Origin: the human T2T-CHM13v2.0 reference genome, Homo sapiens
DNA: 64,000 nt
NCBI GenBank assembly: GCA_009914755.4
Contig: CP086569.2
Coordinates: 62,112,001 to 62,176,000 of the forward strand
Direction of reading: 5' to 3'
Of this stretch, positions 21,701-48,629 are shown one piece after another (position 1 is the first letter of the stretch; each line of letters starts with the position of its first letter). The notes beneath the pieces were generated by a model. The model made no database searches, was not told the DNA's origin, and worked only from the letters and a program-made list of their open reading frames with translations. The position numbers were made by a program, and so were the translations under genes.

Positions 21701-24700
21701 ATCTCTGATTTTATTTATTTGGGCCTCTCTCTTTTTTCTTATTTAGCCTGGCTAAAAGTTTGTGAATTTTGTTTACCTTTTTTGAAAACCAACTTTTGTT
21801 TCATTGACCTTTTGTATTGTTTTGTTCATTTCAGATTAATTTATTTCTGTTCTGATCTTTATTATTTCTTTTTACTATTTTTTTTTTTGCTATTTATTTT
21901 TACTTTATTATTTCTTTTTATCTATTTACTAATTTTGGGATCGGTTTGTTCTTGGCTTTCTAGCTCTTTAAGATGCATCTTTAGGTTGTTTTTTTGAAGC
22001 TTTTCTTCTTTTTTGTTGTAGGGACTTATAGCTATAAATTTTTCTCTAGTACTGCTTTTGCTGTATCCCTTAGGTTTTGGTATGTTGTGTTTCCATTATC
22101 ATTTCTTTCAAAAACTTTTTGAATTTTCTTCTTAATTTCATCATTGACCAACTGATCATTCAGGAGCATATCATTTAATTTCTGTATGTTTATATAGTTT
22201 CCAAAATTTCTCTTGTTATTTATTTATAGTTTTATTCCATTGTGATGCTTGATATTATTTCAAGTTTTTGCATGTTTTAAGATTTGTTTTGTTACCTAAC
22301 ATATGATCTATCATTGTGAATGATTTATGTTTTGAGGAGAAAAATGTGCATCCTGCAGTTGTTGGATGAAATGTTCTATAAATATCCATTAGGTTCATGT
22401 GTTCTATAGAGCATAATTAGTCCATGTTTCTTTGTTGATTTTCTGTCTGGGAGATTTGTCCAATGCTTAAAGTGGGGTATTGAAGCCTTCAGCTATTATT
22501 GTATTGGGGTCTATCTCTCTTTAGCTCTAATAATATTTGCTTTGTATATCTGGGTGCCCCAATATCAGGTACATATGTATTTACAATCATGTTCTCTTGC
22601 TGAATTGGCCCCATAATCATTATATGATGACCTTTGTCTCTTCTTACAATTTTTGTTGTGAGGTCTACTTTGTCTGATATATGTATAGCTACTTCTGCTC
22701 TTTTTGGTTTCATTGGCATGGAATATCATTTTCCATTTCTTTGTTTTCAGTCTATATGTATCTTTATAGGTGAAGTGTGTTTATTGTAGGCAACAGATCA
22801 TTGGGTCTTGTTTTTTAATTTATGCAGCCATTCTGTTTTTTAATTGGAGAGTTTAGTCTATTTACATTCAATGTCCTTATTAATAAGTAGAGACTTACAC
22901 CTGCCATTTTGTTATTTGTTTTCTGGTTGTTTTGTGATCTCTTCCTTCTTTCATTCCTTCCTGTCTTGAAAAGGTGATTTTCTCTGGTGGTATAATTTAA
23001 TTTCTTGTTTTTTATTTTTTGTGTCTGTTATATGTTTTTCAATTTGAGGTTACCATGAGGCCTGCAGATACTATCTTATATCCCATGATTTTAAACTGCT
23101 GACAATTTAACTCTGATTGCATAAACAAACATACATGCAGAAAGAAAACTAATACAAACTCTACACTTTAACTTCATCCCCTTGCTTTTTAATTTTTTGT
23201 TGTTTCCCTTTATGTCTTACTGTACTGTCTGTGTCTTGAAAAGTTGTTTTGGTTATTATTTTTGATTGGTTCATCATTTAATCTTTCTTTTTTTAATTTT
23301 ACTTTAAGTTCTGGGATACACATGTAGAACGTGCAGGTTTGATACATAGGTATACATGTGCCATGGTGGTTTGCTGCACCTATCAACCCGTCATTATTTA
23401 TTCTTTCTATGTAAGTTAAGAGAAGCTTACACACCACTTACAGTGTTGTACTATTCTGTATTTTTCTGTGTGCATACTATTACCAGTGAGTTTTGTACCT
23501 TTAAATAATTTCTCATTAATGCCCATTAATGTCTTTTTCTTTCAGATTGAGGTACTCCCTTTAGCATTTTTTGTAGGACAGGTCTGGAGTTGATTAAATC
23601 TCTCAGCTTTTGTTTGTCTGGGAATGTATTTCTCCTTCATGCTTTAAGGATATTTTCACTGGATATACTATTCTAGGGTAAAAGGTTTATTGTTTCAACA
23701 CTTATATCATGCCACTCCCTCCTTGCCTGTAAGGTTTCCACTGAAAAGTCTGCTGCCAGACATATTGAAGCTCTATCATATGATATTTCTTTTCTCTTGC
23801 TGCATTTAGGCTCCTTTCTTTATCCTTGACCTTTGAGAGTTTGATTGTTAAATGCCTTGAGGTAGTCTTTGGGTTAAATCTGCTTAGTGTTGTATAAGCT
23901 TCTTGTGCTTGAATGTTATCTTTCTCTAGGTTTGGGACATTCTGTCATATAATGTCTTTGAAAAAAACTTCCTACTCATAGCTCTTTCCCTACCTTCTCT
24001 TTAAGGCCAATAACTCTTAGATTTGCCCTTTTGAGACTATTTTCCAGATCTGTAGGCATACTTCATTTTTTTATTCTTTTTTATTTTGTCTCCTCTGACT
24101 TTGTATTTTCAAATAGCCTGTCTTCAAGCTCACTAATTCTTTCTTCTGCTTCATCAATTCTGCTATGAAGAGACTCTGATGCATTCTTCAGCATGTCAGT
24201 TGCATTTTTAACTCTAGAATTTTTGCTTGATTCTTTTTAAGTTTTTAAATCTTTGTGTTAAATTTATCTGATAGAATTCTGAAGTTCTTCTTTATGTTTT
24301 TTTGAATTTCTTTGAGTTTCCTTAAAACAGCTATTTTGAATTCTCTGTCTGAAAGGCCAGATATCTGTTTCTCCAGGATTGATCCCTGATGCCTTATTTA
24401 CTTCATTTGATGAGATTATGTTTTCTTTTCCTGGATGGTGTTGATGCTTGTAGATGTTCTTCAGTGTCTGAGTGTTGAAGTGTTAGGCATTCATTGTAGT
24501 CTTCAAAATATGGGCTTGTTTCTGTCTGTCCTTCTTAGGAAGACTTTCCAGGTATTCAAAGGGATTTGGACCCCAAGTCCAATAATGCTTTCACTTTTGC
24601 AGACTCATAGAGGTACCACCGTGGTGGTCTTAGATAAGATCTGGAAGAATTATCTGTACTACCAGGCAGAGACTCATTCTTTTTCCTTACTTTCTCCCAA

Positions 24701-26368
24701 ACATATGGCATCTCTTTTTCTCTGTGTTGAGCCACCTGGAACTGGGAGTGTGGTGATGCAAGCATCCCTGTGGCCACCACTAGAGGAACTGTGCTGGGTC
24801 AGACCTGAAGCCAGAACAGCACTGGGCCTTACCCAAGGCCCTTCCCTTCAGTGTGGCAAGTTTTTTCAGGCCCCAGGCATGTCTAGAGATGCTGTTTGGG
24901 AACCAGGGATTGGAGTCAAAAAATGTAGCAATTTACCTGATGTTCTATTCTACTGTGGCTAAGATGGCACTCAAACCACAATACAAAGTACTTCCTGCTC
25001 TTCCCCCAACTTTTCCCAAGCAGAGGAGCCTCTCTCTGTGGCCACCAACACCACCAGTCCACGGGGGATTCTGCCAGCCCACCACCAATGTTTGCGTAAA
25101 GCCTAAGGACTTCCATCAGCTTATGGTGAATGCTGCCATTCCTGGGACTCATCTTTCAGGGCAGTGAACTCCTCTCTGGCCCAGAGCAGGTCCAGAAATG
25201 CTGTCTAAGAGCCTAGGCCAGTACTTAGGGACTCCAACAGTGTGATTGTTGCTCTACCCTCACTGTGGCTGAGCTAGTACCTGGGGTGCAAGACAAAGTC
25301 CCCTTTACTTTTTCCTCTGCTTTTCTCAAACAGAAGGAGTCTTTCACTATAGCCACCACAGCTGGGAATGTGCTGGGTCTCCCCTGAAGTCAGCATATCT
25401 CAGAGCCCAAGGTCCATGGCATACTTCCTGGGTATCACTGGTGGTTGTTCGTGGCCCAAGGGCTTTTTAGTCAGCAGGTGATAAATCCTGCCAGGACTGG
25501 GTCCTTCCCTTCAAGACAGCAGATTTCCTTTTGGCTCAGGGTGTGTCTAGAAATGTTGTCTGGGAGGTAGGGCCTGGAATGGGTGCCTCACAACTCTGCC
25601 TGGTGCCTTATCTTGATGTAGCTGAGCTAGTATCTAAGTTGCAAGACAAAGTCCTCTTTACTCTTCCCTCTCATCTTCAAATGGAAGGAAGGAGTCTCTT
25701 TCTGAGTTGTGAGCTGCACTGCCTGTGATTGGATGAGAAGTAGTGCAAGAACTCCCCCAGCTGCCCCAGCTGGTGTCTCACTAGATTGTGTGCCCCCTAA
25801 GTCCACTGGCTCTGAGCCCAGTTCAGCACTAGAACTCGCCTAGGAGTTACAGTCCTCATGTCCTTTCAAGGACCCTATTGCACTTCAGCCAGTGGTGGCA
25901 AGGCTTGACAAGAAACCCAAGTTCCAATTGCTGGGATACATGATACTGCTCTAGCTAAGGCTGGTCCAAATGTTCCCTCCATGCACAGGTGCTGGCTGAG
26001 CCCAGCATGTCTTTATTCTCCATTGTGACAGGGCAGCACTGAGTTTAATGTAAATTCCCCCAGTCGCTGTGCTTGCCCTCCCCAAAGTGCAAAGATTCTC
26101 TCACTGTGACACATGGCCACTGCCAGGGGATGGAGGAGGGGTGGCATCAATGATTCAAGACTGTCTCTCTTGCCCTCCTCAATGCCTCTTTCCATAATAA
26201 GAAGTTAAAACCAGGTACCGTGATTGCTCATCTGATTTTTGGTTCTTGTGATGGTGCTTTTCTGTGTGAAGATAATTGTTAAAATTTGGTGTTCCAGCAG
26301 GGGGGATGAACAGTGTAGGCTTCTATTCCACAATCTTTCTTGCCCCTGCTTTAATCTTTTTCTCTGAA
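18789..26368 (-). mobile_element. full-length L1PB/L1PA-old-type LINE-1 (~7.6 kb). Layout: 3' UTR 18789-19140, ORF2 ~19140-22890 (fragmented), ORF1 ~22900-24050, long 5' UTR ~24050-26368. TSD TTCTTCATAT.
   Basis: 3' end (rc) tttttatttttaatttctgtacatagcagg..ggtacatgagatattttggtac... Minus-strand ORFs: ORF2 EN 'MPMKPKRAEVAIHISDKVDLTTKIVRRDKGHHIMIMGPIQQENMIVNTYVPDIGAPRYTKQILLELKRD', RT '[50 protein letters not shown]', C-terminus '..TLMFVAALFTIAKIWKQPKCPSTDKWIKKMYIYTMRYYSVIKNNEILSF'. The 5' UTR is homologous (in rc) to the plus-strand 5' UTR at 29083-31060. A 10-bp direct repeat ttcttcatat sits at 18779-18788 and 26369-26378. Confidence 0.8.
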
Positions 26369-26378
26369 TTCTTCATAT

Positions 26379-27380
<1,002 letters not shown>

Positions 27381-27601
27381 TCATCAACTTTTATTTTTTT
27401 GCTGGGCCTTCTCAGATTTACCCTGTCTATGCTTGTTATCTTCCCAATCAGCCAAGGATGTATGGAGAGCTTAAGTAGCCCGTCTATAGCTCTCACATTA
27501 TAAGAATATTCCCATTACATTTCTAGTTTACTTGCTACTCACCTCAACAAGGACTACAACATCAGGCTAGCTAAGCTGTAGGTCATCCCTCTTGTTTACT
27601 A

Positions 27602-28105
27602 CCTTTTTAAAAATACTTTAAGTTCTGGGATACACGTGCAGAACATGCAGGTTTGTTACATAGGTATACACATGCCATGGTGGTTTGCTGCACCCATCAA
27701 CCTGTCATCTAGGTTTTAAGCCCCACATGCATTAGGTATTTGTCCTAATGCTCTCCCTCCTCTTGCCCCCCACCCCCTGACAGGCCCCGGTGTGTGATCT
27801 TCCCCTCCCTGTGTCCACATGTTCTCATTGTTCAACTCCCACTTTTGAGTGAGAACATGTGGTGTTTGGTTTTCTGTTCCTGTGTCAGTTTACTGAGAAT
27901 GACGGCTTCCAGCTTCATCCATGTCCCTGGAAAGGATATGAACTCATCCTTTTTTATGGCTGCAGGGTATTCCATGGTTATAAGTGCCACATTTTCTTTA
28001 TCCAGTCTATCATTGATGGGCATTTGGGTCGGTTCCAAGTCTTTGCTATTGTAAATAGTGCTTCAATAAACATATGTGTGCATGTGTCTTTATAGTAGAA
28101 TGATT
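27602..28105 (-). mobile_element. L1PA 3'-terminal fragment (~0.5 kb)
   Basis: rc of the L1PA 3' UTR and ORF2 end: tttaagttctgggatacacgtgcagaacatgcaggtttgttacataggtatacacatgccatggtggtttgctgcacc..cccacttttgagtgagaacatgtggtgtttgg... The minus-strand ORF reads '..FISFPGTWMKLEAVILSKLTQEQKTKHHMFSLKSGS'. Confidence 0.85.
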
Positions 28106-29082
28106 TTATTGGCAAACTGCTGAGTGTAGGTCCTGCCCTATGCTCCAAGTCAAGCCAGCATCTTCTGTCAGTGAAACTTTGGTTTTCCCAGCCAGAATAT
28201 CATAGTAAAACTACCATGCTGATTGAGCTGAATGGGAGTGGCCTCAAGCAAGAAAGCTGCAGACTCCCACTGTTTTTACTGGAATTTATAGCAGATTTTC
28301 ATAAATAATTGCTTCTCTATTTTTTGTTTTCCTTTTTTCAATTTCCAGAGCCCTGTAATGTCCAGTTAATACTTGTTTTGTCAGGAGAGGATTTGCTGAA
28401 GGCTTCACTCTGCCACAACTGAAAGTCTTATGATCTAAAAAGTTTTTAAATACGATTTGATAAAAATTCATTTGGGAGTATAAATGTGTAAGAATATCCA
28501 AGAAAAATCTTGACAAAAAAAGATTGTGTTCAGAAAAATACCACCCTCCCAGATAGCACTGTGCCCCATAACTATGTATAATTTTTGTGTTAATTATAAA
28601 TAAAATAAAACTTTAAAAATTATAAAACTACAATAGCAGAAAACATATGAGCCTGACACAGACATAAACAAATTAATCAAATAAAATAGTTTCTAGAAAC
28701 ATACCTGTATGCCTGTGGGAATTTAATATGCAATAAATATGGCATATAAAATCAATGAGACAAAAGGGTGTTTGAACAATTAACCGGGCATTTCGAATAC
28801 AAAATAAAGACACACCACAGAAACAAATATAATCATATTAATAAATATGACATTTCAAATCAATGGATAAAAGTGTTTGAACAATTGGCTATTTATTTAG
28901 AAATTTTATAAAGATACCAAAGAGAAACAAACACACTCTGATGTATTAAATATTTAAATGTAAAGTATAAGATCATTTAAAAAATAAATTGAGATAGGAA
29001 AGGCTTTCTGAAGCCAAACGCAAAATCTGGAAACCATATAGGAAAATATTGACAGATATAAAAATGAAACATGATAGGTAAG
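28105..29082. other. AT-rich unclassified segment; contains a 2x ~50-bp direct repeat (28733-28786 and 28841-28890)
   Basis: I recognise no TE family here. The repeat units are aataaatatggcatataaaatcaatgagacaaaagggtgtttgaacaattaacc and aataaatatgacatttcaaatcaatggataaaagtgtttgaacaattggc. Confidence 0.3.
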
Positions 29083-39031
<9,949 letters not shown>

Positions 39032-39044
39032 GAAACACTTCACC

Positions 39045-43667
<4,623 letters not shown>

Positions 43668-43684
43668 TTAAAAATTAAAAAAAA

Positions 43685-44931
43685 CATACTGGTAACAGAT
43701 TTGCTGTCATCCTGGGCTTTGATGTTCCATTTCTAGAGCATAGGCAGAGTAAATGTAGCATAATTTTTAAGGGCCCAAGGACTTTCAGAATGATAAATGA
43801 CCATTGGCTTCAACTTAATATCACCAGCTGCATTAGCCCTTAACAAGAGAGTCAGCCTGTCCTTAGAAGCTTTGAAGTCAGGCATTGACTTCTCTCTAGC
43901 TATGAAAGTTCTAGATGGCATATTCTTCCAACAGAAGACTGTTTCATCAACATTGAAATTCTATTGCTTAGTGTAGCCACCTTTATCAGTTTTCTGAGCT
44001 AGATCTTCTGCAGCTTCTCCATCAGCACTTGCTGCTTCACCTTGCACTTTTGTTATGGAAATGGCTTCTTTCCTTAAATCTCATGAACCAGCCTCTGCTA
44101 GCTTCAGACTTTTCTTCTGCAGCTTCCTTGCTTCATAGAATTGAACAGAGTAAAGGCCTTGCTCTGGATTTGGCTTAATGGAATATTGTGGCTGGTTTCA
44201 GCTATCTAGACCACGAAAACGTTCTCCGGATAAGCAATAAGGCTGTTTCACTTTCTTATCATTTATTTGTTTACTGGAGTAGCACTTTTAATCTTGTTCA
44301 GGAACTTTTTCTTTGCATTCACAACTTGGCCGGTTGGCACAAAAAGCCTAGCTTTCAGCCTGTCCTGCCTTCCGACATGTCTTTTTTACTAAGCTTTATC
44401 ATTTCTAGCTTTTGATTTAAAGGAGAGACATGTAACTTTTCCTTTCATTTGAACATGTAAAGGCCATTGTAAGGTTATTAATTGGCCTAATTTCCATACT
44501 GTTGTATTTTAGGGAATAGGGAGCCCTGAGGAGAAGGAAAGAGATGAGGGATGGCCAGTCAGTGGAGCAGTCAGAACACACACAACATTGATCAGTTAAC
44601 TTTGCTGTCATATATGAGTGCAGTTTGTGGCACCCTGAAAGAACTGTAATGGTAACGTCAAAGATAATTGAATATAGATCTGTAATAGTAACATCAAAGA
44701 TAACTGATTATAGATCACCATAACAAATATAATAGTAATGAAAAAGTTTGAAATACTGTAAGAATTACCCAAATGTGACACTGAGACATGAAGTGAGTAC
44801 ATGCTGTTAGAAAAACGGTATAGAGTGTCCACAAATCTTCAATTTGAAAAAAAAACACACACACACAAACAAACAAACAAAATCTCTGCAAAGCACATTA
44901 ATCCAAGGCACAATAAAATGAGGTATGCCTG
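43685..44931 (-). mobile_element. Tigger1 (pogo/Tc1-mariner DNA transposon) 5' fragment: 5' TIR at 44931 through the transposase N-terminus; cut at 43685 by the L1PB tail
   Basis: rc of 44880-44931 is caggcatacctcattttattgtgccttggattaatgtgctttgcag.., matching the Tigger1 TIR cagGcatacctcattttattgtgcttcgcag. The minus-strand ORF '..[62 protein letters not shown]' resembles the pogo/CENP-B-like transposase. Confidence 0.75.
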
Positions 44932-44939
44932 TATTAATA

Positions 44940-47470
44940 ATTTCTATCTTCTTTTTTTCTTGGTTAGCCTGGCTAGAGGTTTACTAATTTTATTGATCTT
45001 TTCAAAGAACTAGATTTGGGTTTCATTGATTTTCTCTCTTAATTTCTTGTTTTCAATTTCTTTGATTGCTGCCCTAATTTTACTATTTTATTTCTTCTAC
45101 TTAATTTGGACTTAACTTGCCTTTCTTTTCTAGTTTCCTCAGGTAAAAGTTTATATTATTGATTTTATATCTTTCTTTCTAATATGTCCATTAAATGCTA
45201 TAAATAGCCTTCTAAGCACTGCTTTTGCTACATTCTGAAAATTTTGATAAATTATACTTTTATTTTCATTTAATTAAAAAAAATTTAACTTTTTCTGAGA
45301 TTTTATTTTTGAACAATGTGTTATTTATATGTATGTTTTTTAATCTCCAAATGTTTTGGAGGTTTTCTTCCTATTTTTCTGTTACTAATGACTAGTTTAA
45401 TTCCAATATGGTCTAAGAGAATACTTTGTATGATTTTAATTATTTTTAATTTGTTAAGGTGTGTTTTAAAGCCCAAGATGTGATTTATCTTGATAAATGT
45501 TCCACATTTATAGAATTTATAGAATTGACATTCTATGTCAATCAGGTCCAGTTAATTAACAGTGCTTTCAGTCCAATTATATCCTGATTTTCTGCCTGCT
45601 GAATCTGTTGCTTTTTGAGAGAAGGATGTTGAAATTTCCAACTATAAAAGTGGATTATTTCTTGCAGTTCTATCAGTTTTGGCCTCATCTATTTTAATGC
45701 TGTTTTTAGGCACAGATACATGAAGGATTGTTGTTTCTTCTTAGAGAATTGACCCCTTTATTATGTAATGACCATTTTTATCCCTGAAGATTTTTCTTGC
45801 TCTGAAATCTGCTTCATGCGATATTGATACAGCTATTCAAGCTTTCTTTTGATTGCTGACAGCATGGCATATATTTCTCTAACCCTTTACTTTTAATATA
45901 TCTGGGTCTTTATATTTAAATTGGATTTCTTGTAGACAACATATAGTTGGTTCTTTGTTTTTTATCCACTGTGATAATCTGTGTTTTAATTGGTGTATTT
46001 AGACCATTCACATTTAAAGTCATTATTGATGTGGTTTGATTAATATGTACCTTTTTATAATTGTTCTCTTTTTCCACCGGTTCTTTATCTTTTTCTATCT
46101 TCCACTCTTTTTTTTTCTTTCCTGGTTTAAGTTGAACATATTATATGATTCAATGTTCTCTTTTCTCTTAGCATATTGTTTGTTTCCTTTGAAAAATTTT
46201 AAGTGGTTGTCCTAGAGTTTGCAATATGCATTTACAACTAATCTAAATCTACTTTCAAATAACACCATACTGGTTCACAGAAAGTGCAGGTACCTTATAA
46301 AAAATATTCCTAGTTCCTCTCTCCTATCCCTTAAACATTTCTGTCATATATTTCACTTATTCATAAGCGATATCCAACATATCATTGCTCTTATTATTTT
46401 GAACAAACTTTTACCTGTTAGGCCACTGAAACATAAGAAAAATAAAATATTTTATTTTACCTTCATTTATGTATTTTTGAACACTCTTCCTTTGTAATCC
46501 AGATCCATGTGTCTGACCTATATCATTTTCCTTCTCCCTGAAGGAGAAGGCCTTCTTTTAACATTTTTTTACAAGACAAGCCTACTGGTGACACATTTCC
46601 TCAAGTTTTGTTTGTATGAGAAAGTCTTTATTTCTCCTTCACTTTGAAGGACAGTTTAATTGGATATAGAACTCTAGGTTGGTGGGTTTTTTTCTTTCAA
46701 CACTTTAAATACTTCGTTCCACTTTCTTCTTGCTTTCATGGTATCTGATAAGTTTCTGAAATTCTTACCCTTGTTCTTCTAACGATAAGATGTTTTCCCC
46801 CTCTGGCTTCCTTCAAGATTTTCTCTTTATCTTTGCTTTCCTGTAGTTTAAATATGATATGCTTAAGTGTAGTTTTTTGTTTGTTTATTTTGGTATTTCT
46901 CCTGCTTGGTATTCACTGAGCTTCTTTGCATCTGTGGTTTGGTATCTGTTAATAATTTTGGAATATTCTCAGCCATTATTATTTCAAATATTTATTTTGT
47001 TTCTTTCTCTCTTTCTTCTTCTGGGATTCCTATTACATGTATATCACATCTTCTGTAGTTGTCACACAGTTCTTGAATATTCTATTTTTTCACTAATTTT
47101 TCTCTTCGATTTTCAGCTTGGGAAGCTAATATTGCCATATCTTCAGTTTCACTGATCTTTTCCTGGACCATGTCTAGTCTACTGGTGAGCCCATCAAAGA
47201 CATTATGTATGTAATAGTGTTTTTTTGTTTCTAGCATTTGCTTATTTGCTTTTGATTCTTTCTTAGAATTTTCATCTATCTGCTTGTATTATCTGTCTAT
47301 TTTTGAATGTTGTTCACTTTTTCCATTACAGCCCTTAACATATTAGTTATACCTATTTTAAATTTCTGGTCTTATAATTCCTAAATTTCTGCTGCATCCA
47401 AGTGTGGCTGTGATGCTTACCTTGTCTCTTCAGACTGGTTGTTTTTTTGTTCTTTGGTTATCCAATCCAC
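44940..47470 (-). mobile_element. old L1 (L1M-like) fragment, antisense: ORF2 RT-upstream region back through EN and ORF1 into the 5' region
   Basis: T-rich L1-antisense sequence: ..ttagcctggctagaggtttactaattttattgatcttttcaaagaactag.. (antisense of the ARLTKKKRE region), ..tgcttatttgcttttgattctttcttag.. Confidence 0.65.
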
Positions 47471-47499
47471 CATTGATGGGCATCTAGATTGATTCCATG

Positions 47500-48100
47500 T
47501 GTTTGCTAGCAAATATTTGTTGAACATCAGTATGATTCAGGCAGGGTGCTAGTTATCTGTGAAACAATGGTGAGCACAATAGAAATAATCCTTGTCATTA
47601 TGAGACTCATAATCTAGAGGTAAGATGCAGACAAGTAAACAGACAACTATAATACAATGTAAAAAATGCCATAATGAGGATCATACAGAGTACTATGTAA
47701 GAACATAGAAAGGGCAATATAACGCAGATGGGGAGTTAGGGAAGGCTTTCTAGGAAGAAGTTATGATCAAGGTGAGACCTAAAGGATAAATAGGAGCTAA
47801 CCAAATAAAGAATGAATAAAAAATGTTCCAAACATGTTTGAAGACCTGGATGTGATAGTTAGGAAACTGAAGAAGTTCACTGTGGCTGGATTGTGAATGT
47901 GACTGGGGGATAGAGAACAGGGTGGCAAAAATAAGACTGGAGAGGACCCAAATCATGTGAAGCCTTTTGCTCATAGTAAGGAGTTTAGAATTTATCCTGA
48001 GGTAAGTGAGGAGGTGTTGAAAGAATTTAAGCAAGTGAGTGATACAATATGAATTGTACTTTAGGAAGATTCTCTACCTTCAAAATGGGGTATGAATTGG
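47500..48100 (-). mobile_element. L2 LINE 3' end
   Basis: gcaaatatttgttgaacatcag..ggtgctagttatctgtgaaacaatggtgagcacaatag..gagactcataatctagaggtaagatgcagacaagtaaacag..gatggggagttagggaaggctttctaggaagaagttatgatcaaggtgagacc matches the rc of the L2 3' UTR. Confidence 0.55.
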
Positions 48101-48149
48101 AATGTGGGAATATAAGAGTGTATTTAACCTTATATTATTACCACCTCTG

Positions 48150-48629
48150 ATTTCTATTTTTAATTAAATTTGAGTTACCCAAGTATATTTGAATGCACTC
48201 ACCTTTAAAAAATAATTAGGACCTAATTCTCACACCTTGTATAAAAATCCATGCAAAATAGATCATGGATTTAAATGTAAACTGTAAAACATTTTTGGAA
48301 GTAAACATAGGATAAAATTTTGGGGAACTACAGGTGGATAAAGAGTTCTTATACCTGAGACCAAAAGCACAAATCTTTAAAAGAAAACAATTGCTAAATT
48401 AGACTTTATCAAAATGAAAAAAATGCACTGGGAAAAAGATGTTAAGAGGATGAAAAAACAAGGTGCAGACTGGGAAAAAAAAATGCTTGCAAGTCACAAC
48501 TGCAATAGATAATTTGTTTCCACAATATATATAAAGTGTGCTTGGAACTCAACAGTAAAAAAAAATCAAACAATCCAATTAGAAAGTGGTCAAAAACATG
48601 AACAGACATTGAACTAAAGAAAACAAATA
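48150..48629 (+). mobile_element. old L1 (L1M-like) ORF2 C-terminal fragment
   Basis: Translation ..KLDFIKMKKMHWEKDVKRMKKQGADWEKKMLASH..IYIKCAWNSTVKKNQTIQLESGQKHEQTLN.. resembles L1 ORF2 ..[71 protein letters not shown]. Confidence 0.6.

Noticed and set aside
43733-43921. Tigger transposase ORF as an active DNA transposase gene or a domesticated pogo-derived gene (CENPB, TIGD or POGK-like)
   Set aside because: Only a 62-codon N-terminal piece survives inside a truncated, TIR-bearing Tigger1 copy that an L1 interrupts. Nothing suggests a complete or domesticated gene.
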